The notes under the pieces: model-generated
What the model was told of the DNA's origin: nothing
What the model saw: the letters and a program-made list of their open reading frames with translations, nothing else
Databases searched by the model: none
Translations under genes and position numbers: made by a program
Part shown: piece after piece, positions 1 to 64,000 of the stretch
Layout of the letters: each line of letters opens with the position of its first letter
Position numbering within the stretch: position 1 is the first letter of the stretch
Origin: the human T2T-CHM13v2.0 reference genome, Homo sapiens
DNA: 64,000 nt
Assembly (NCBI RefSeq): GCF_009914755.1
Contig: NC_060934.1
Reading direction: 5' to 3' (one strand)

Positions 1-89
1 TTCACCATTTCCTAGTGAGAAGAAAAAAATGCTGAGTCAGAAAAGATAAATATAAAAGACATTTTTAAATCTCTTTCAAAGATAATCGC

Positions 90-390
90 AGCCAGGCATG
101 GTGACTCACGTCTGTAATCCTAGCACTTTGGGAGGCCGAGGTGGGCGGATCACAAGGTCAGGAGTTCGAGACCATCCTGCCTAACACGGTGAAACTCCGT
201 CTCTACTAAAAATCCAAAAAAAATTAGCCAGGCCTGGTGGTGGGTGCCTGTAGTCCCAGCTACTCAGGAGGGTGAGGCAGGAGAATGGTGTGAACCCGGG
301 AGGCGGAGCTTGCAGTGAACCGAGATCATGCCACTGCTCCAGGCTGGGCGACAGAGCGAGACTCCGTCTCAAAAAAAAAAAAAAAAAAAG
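90..390 (+). mobile_element. Alu (S/Y)
   Basis: Full dimer with poly(A); TSD aaagataatcgc. Confidence 0.92.
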
Positions 391-2222
391 AAAAAAGATA
401 ATCGCTTGTTTAAGCAAAAATGAGGGCAATGTATTCTAGAGTTTATGACACATGTAAAAAGTAAAATGCATGACTATAATAACACAAAGAACACTTCATA
501 CCAATAAAAGTGTCGATTCATCAAGAGAGCAGAGGATACAAAATGGGGATAGGAGGAGAATAACAGGAAGCCCTGAGTCTCAGGAGACAGACCAGAACGA
601 AGAATAGAAGGCAATGTGGACAAGACAATGGAACAGGATAATGAGGAAGAGGACAACAGATCACGAGAATGAGAGAAAAGCCACAGAGATCACAGAGGCC
701 AGAGATAGAATAGCTAGGACAAAAAGGAAAGAAAATAGAATGAAAGAGAAAGTAAAACCAGAAGGGAATCAGAAGATGCAGGCGGAAACAACTACTACTA
801 CCACCTTGTTTAGTACTACAATGTGTAATTTCATTCAAGTTATAGACATAAACCATGTGTACTTATTATAAATCCAACAACTATACCAACATCTGAAGAT
901 CTGCATCATTATTGTGTTTTCTCTTTAATCCTATGCTTTTAGAGCCTAACAATCATACAACTATCCATAGGCAGCAATAATAGTCCTTTATATTAAAAGG
1001 AGGTGTTGCTACCTAAGAAATTCTACTGTTGGTCATTTCCATCTCTTTTGATCTCTCTTTAACTCTCCTGACATTCTTTCAATCTCAACCTCTCACACAA
1101 TCATACTCTCCTCTCCTAAAATATCAAAATGCCACTATTGCCACTTAATGTTATTCTCCTACTCCCCCTTTACCACCATAGGCAGTAACTGCAAAAACTT
1201 GCTAATCCATTAACTAAAGATCTCTACTTCCCATTATGGAGGACTAAATTTAGAAAGCCAAACTGGGTTGGGAGGAAATCATGTGTCACAACGAATGAGA
1301 TGAATTCCATGGAAGGGGGCTGGGTTACTGGCCTGTTTCTTATAAAGGCTCTGACACTAACACACCCTATTCTGCTGAAAATACAGAGCAGCTCTCCCAT
1401 GGGTGGGCAACCCTTCATCACTGTAATCATCTGGAGAAGATTTTATTGTACCATCAGGTCTCAAAAGCCACAGGACCTAGTAGCAAGCAACTGCCTCAGG
1501 GAACATGTCTCCTCTGCTTTCCTGAAACCTCCAACTTAGTCACACAAAAGAAAGGGGTGGCAAGCCAGCATTAATTGTACCCTTAGAGAAGAGGCACTTC
1601 CCCCCTGCAGGGGTAGCAGTGACTTTACTGGGCTACCAAATGGTTAGAAAGACAAAAGTAAACACTGTAATTTGCTGTTTTGTCTCTGGCACAGGGGGAG
1701 TGGTACAAGTGACACTGTCTGTAAACAGTAATAATGCCAGATGTAACACAAAGAACAGGATTCCCGCATCTCCCCACCCCGTCCCCATCCCTCCATCTCT
1801 CCCTATGACATTCCTGAAGAAACACACAGAAGCCTCCCTACAGTCCATATGCGGCTATCAAATGAAACCGAGTGAGAACCCAAGTTTGTACCGACTCCTC
1901 CTACCTCATTCTTACTCAAAGGAAGATTTATTGGAACACAAGAAATACTCAATTGTTTTTACCAGTTGACAAAAAATATAGGAAGGGGAAGGAACAAGGG
2001 ACAAAGTAAAGAATAGACATGTGACACACCCAGGTCTGGATTCGAAAAAAGCTAAAACGTAAAAAAAAAAAAAAAAAAAAAAAAAGACAAAAAGAGTAAC
2101 TGAAAATAAAGGCAACCTAAACAAACCAAAAGGTTAAAAAACAAAAAATCCACCTTGAGCCCAGGCCTAGGGGCTCAAAAAAGGTATAGAAAAAGGAAGA
2201 TGAATTCAAGAGAGAAAGTTAC

Positions 2223-60350
<58,128 letters not shown>

Positions 60351-61459
60351 CTGAAACCAGAATATAAGCACATTCAGCCTTCCCAGCTAACACCAAAAGC
60401 ATTAAGAATACTATACATAGTCAACCTTAGTTTTCTTTTTTTTTTTTTGAGATGGAATCTCGCTGTCGCCCAGGCTGGAGTACAGTGGCGTGATCTCGGC
60501 TCACTGCAGGCTCCGCCCCCCAGGGTTCACGCCATTCCCCCGCCTCAGCCTCCTGAGTAGCTGGGACTACAGGCGCCCACCACCTCGCCCGGCTAATTTT
60601 TTGTATTTTCAGTAGAGACAGGGTTTCACCATGTTAGCCAGGATGGTCTTGATCTCCTGACCTCATGATCCGCCCGCCTCAGACTCCCAAAGTGCTGGGA
60701 TTACAGGCGTGAGCCACCGCACCCGGCCCCTTAGTTTTCAAAATTAACTTTGAAAATTCTTGGTCATTCTAAACTGCTAGAAGGGGAAAAAGAACACTTA
60801 TCTCTTTGTGTTTTTTTTCCCAAGTGGAAAACTGTGTGCATGGATATATATTCTCTGCACCAAAAGTTAAATAATAGCTCAAAGAACTTCCCTAAAATAT
60901 TTATCTTCTAGCAAGAAATGAACATAAACATCAGAATAAGTTAGTCACATCACAACATGCCTCCCGTGCATTGGTACAGTGTTGTTTTCAAACCTATTCA
61001 CATATGTGAAATACAATCCAGTGAGCCAGGAAGGACAGATATTATCACCGTCCTCCCATTTTAGGAAAGAGAGTACACAAGTTAAGTGACTTACACAAGT
61101 TCAGGAGCCAGAATTCAGATCACCTCAGTAATACCACAGTGGTTTTTACAGCATGCTGTGTTGACTGCTTCTACTTGCCCTCCATATGCATTTAGTATTC
61201 TGTACAGAGCTTTTAATGTGCTCTAAATTTCTTAATTTAAATTGGTCCAAAGAGTAAGCAAAATTATCATGCTAAAATCCAAAATTTCCTAGCAATAATG
61301 TTCAAACAAATTCTAGGAAGTCAGAAGCTGCTGGTTAATGGGTAAAACAAGAAAAAGAGAACCCCGGCCAGGCACGGTGGCCCATGCCTGTAATCCTAGC
61401 ACTTTGGGAGGCTGAGGTGGGCAGATCACGAGGTCAGGAGATCGAGACCATCCTGGCTA

Positions 61460-61675
<216 letters not shown>

Positions 61676-61740
61676 CTACTTTAAAGAAAGGGGAATGGCA
61701 TAAAATAAGTAGGTCAATAGCCCACTACCACCTTATTTTA

Positions 61741-61917
<177 letters not shown>

Positions 61918-62389
61918 TCAAAAACAAAAATAAATAAATAAAAAATAAAAATAAATAAGTAAATAGGCCAGGCACAGTGGCTCACACCTGTAACGTCAGC
62001 ATTTTGTAGGGCTGAGGCGGGTGGATCACCTGAGGTCAAGAGTTTGAGACCAGCCTGGCGAACACGGTGAAACCCCATCTCTACTGAAAATACAAAAATA
62101 GCTGGGCACAGTGGCTCACACCTGTAATCCCAGCACTTTGGCAGGCTGAGTCCGAGGCGCCCGGATCACGAGGTCAGGAGATGGAGGCCATCCTGGCTAA
62201 CACAGTGAAATAAAAAATACAAAAAATTAGCCAGGTGTGGTGCAAGGAGCCTGTAGTCCCAGCTACTCAGGAGGCTGAGGCAGGAGAATGGCTTGAACCC
62301 GGGAGGTGGAGGTTGCAGTGAGCCACGATTGTGCCACTACACTCCGGCCTGGGCAACAGAGCGAGACTCAGTCTCAAAAAAGAAAACAA

Positions 62390-63894
62390 GCTCTCCCTTC
62401 TCCCTTCTCCCTCTCCCCACGGTCTCCCTCTCCCTCTCTTTCCACAGTCTCCCTCTGATGCCGAGCCGAAGCTGGACTGTACTGCTGCCATCTCGGCTCA
62501 CTGCAACCTCCCTGCCTGATTCTCCTGCCTCAGCCTGCGGAGTGCCTGCGATTGCAGGCGCGCGCTGCCACGCCTGACTGGTTTTCGTATTTTTTTGGTG
62601 GAGACGGGGTTTCGCTGTGTTGGCCGGGCTGGTCTCCAGCTCCTAACCGCGAGTGATCCGCCAGCCTCGGCCTCCCGAGGTGCCGGGATTGCAGACGGAG
62701 TCTCGTTCACTCAGCGCTCAATGTTGCCCAGGCTGGAGTGCAGTGGTGTGATCTCGGCTCGCTACATCCTCCACCTCCCAGCCGCCTGCCTTGGCCTCCC
62801 AAAGTGCCGAGATTGCAGCCTCTGCCCGGCCGCCACCCCGACTGGGAAGTGAGGAGCGTCTCCGCATGGCCGCCCATCCTCTGGGATGTGAGGAGCCCCT
62901 CTGCCCAGCTGCCCAGTCTGGGAAGTGAGGAGCGCCTCTTCCCAGCGGCCATCCCGTCTAGGAAGTGAGGAGCGTCTCTGCCCAGCCGCCCATCGTCTGA
63001 GATGTGGGGAGCACCTCTGCCCGGCCGCGACCCCGACTGGGAGGTGGGGAGCGTCTCCGCCCGGCCGCCCCGTCTGGGAAGTGAGGAGCACCTCCGCCCG
63101 GCAGCCACCCCGTCTGGGAGGGAGGTGGGGGGCAGCCCCCGCCCGGCCAGCCGCCCCATCCGGGAGGGAGGTGGGGGGTCAGCCCCCGCCCGGCCAGCCG
63201 CCCCGTCCGGGAGGGAAGTGGGGGGTCAGCCCCCGCCCGGCCAGCCGCCCCGTCCGGGAGGGAGATGGGGGGGCACATCCGCCCGGCCGCCGCCCCGTCC
63301 AGGAGGTGGGGGGCGCCTCTGCCCGGCCGCCCCTTCTGGGAAGTGAGGAGCCCCTCTGCCCGGCCACCACCCCGTCTGGGAGGTGTACCCAACAGCTCAT
63401 TAAGAACGGGCCATGATGACGATGGCGGTTTTGTGGAATAGAAAAGGGGGAAAGGTGGGGAAAAGCTAGAGAAATCAGATTGTTGCTGTGTCTGTGTAGA
63501 AAGTAGAAGACATGGGAGACTTCATTTTGTTCTGTACTGGGAGGGGTTCTTCTGCCTTGGGATGCTGTTGATCTGTGACCTTGCCCCCAGCCCTGTGCTC
63601 TCTGGGGCATGTGCTGTGTCCACTCAGGGTTAAATGGATTAAGGGCGGTGCAAGATGTGCTTTGTTAAACAGATGCTTGAAGGCAGCAGGCTCGTTAAGA
63701 GTCATCACCACTCCCTAATCTCAAGTACCCAGGGACACAAACACTGCGGCTGCAGGGTCCTCTGCCTAGGAAAACCAGAGACCTTTGTTCACTTGTTTAT
63801 CTGCTGACCTTCCCTCCACTATTGTCCTATGACCCTGCCAAATCCCCCTCTCCGAGAAACACCCAAGAATGATCAATAAAAAAAAAAAAAAAAG
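62390..63894 (+). mobile_element. Full-length SVA retrotransposon (probably an older B/C-type), antisense to ARMH3
   Basis: Contains a CCCTCT hexamer head (62391-62457), an antisense Alu-like domain, a GC-rich VNTR (~62820-63380), an HERV-K-derived SINE-R, AATAAA plus poly(A). TSD aaagaaaacaa at 62379-62389 and 63895-63905. Subfamily call is tentative. Confidence 0.96.
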
Positions 63895-64000
63895 AAAGAA
63901 AACAAAACAAAAATTAGCCAGGCATGGTGGCATGCGCCTATAATCCCAGCTACTTGGGAGGCTGAGGCAGGAGAATTGCTTGAACCCAGGAGGTGGAGGC

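Noticed and set aside
520-790. Purine-rich tract with an 85-aa R/E/K-rich ORF
   Set aside because: Low-complexity composition; no recognisable homology or splice structure.
1224-1430. Minus ORF containing MEFISFVVTH, resembling exon-19 MVEFIVTH (possible duplicated exon)
   Set aside because: The match is very short, lacks fitting splice sites, and nucleotide similarity does not extend.
1602-1613. Palindrome CCCCTGCAGGGG, possible CTCF site
   Set aside because: Mismatches the AGRKGGC core on both strands.
62267-63711. Cluster of GC-rich ORFs and an apparent CpG island
   Set aside because: These are the SVA Alu-like, VNTR and SINE-R domains, not a gene or the ARMH3 promoter.

Overview
This is primate, almost certainly human, genomic DNA and very Alu-dense. 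It lies inside one minus-strand gene that I recognise as ARMH3 (C10orf76), the armadillo-like helical Golgi PI4KB-binding protein. I mapped 18 consecutive internal coding exons (probably exons 3-20) from 60350 down to 2223. All have AG/GT boundaries and consistent phases, giving 1393 nt of uninterrupted reading frame (TEDPSK...RELWS). The start and stop exons are outside the window. The introns hold roughly 70 Alu/FLAM copies (many nested), a full-length SVA, L1/L2/MIR fragments, MaLR and MER21 LTRs, and DNA transposons. Nearly all ORF-track entries are repeat-derived or chance ORFs. I found no new gene system. The most notable unexplained structures are: (1) a dense A>G cluster in the SVA SINE-R resembling ADAR hyper-editing fixed by retrotransposition; (2) two inverted duplications of apparently unique sequence in the 15-kb intron, one carrying a candidate intronic poly(A) signal; (3) a 111-nt in-frame, stop-free intron; (4) a ~350-bp microsatellite that grew inside an Alu target-site duplication; (5) fold-back or templated repair scars. 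Repeat family calls and consensus comparisons are from memory and need RepeatMasker/Dfam confirmation. Repeat boundaries are approximate.
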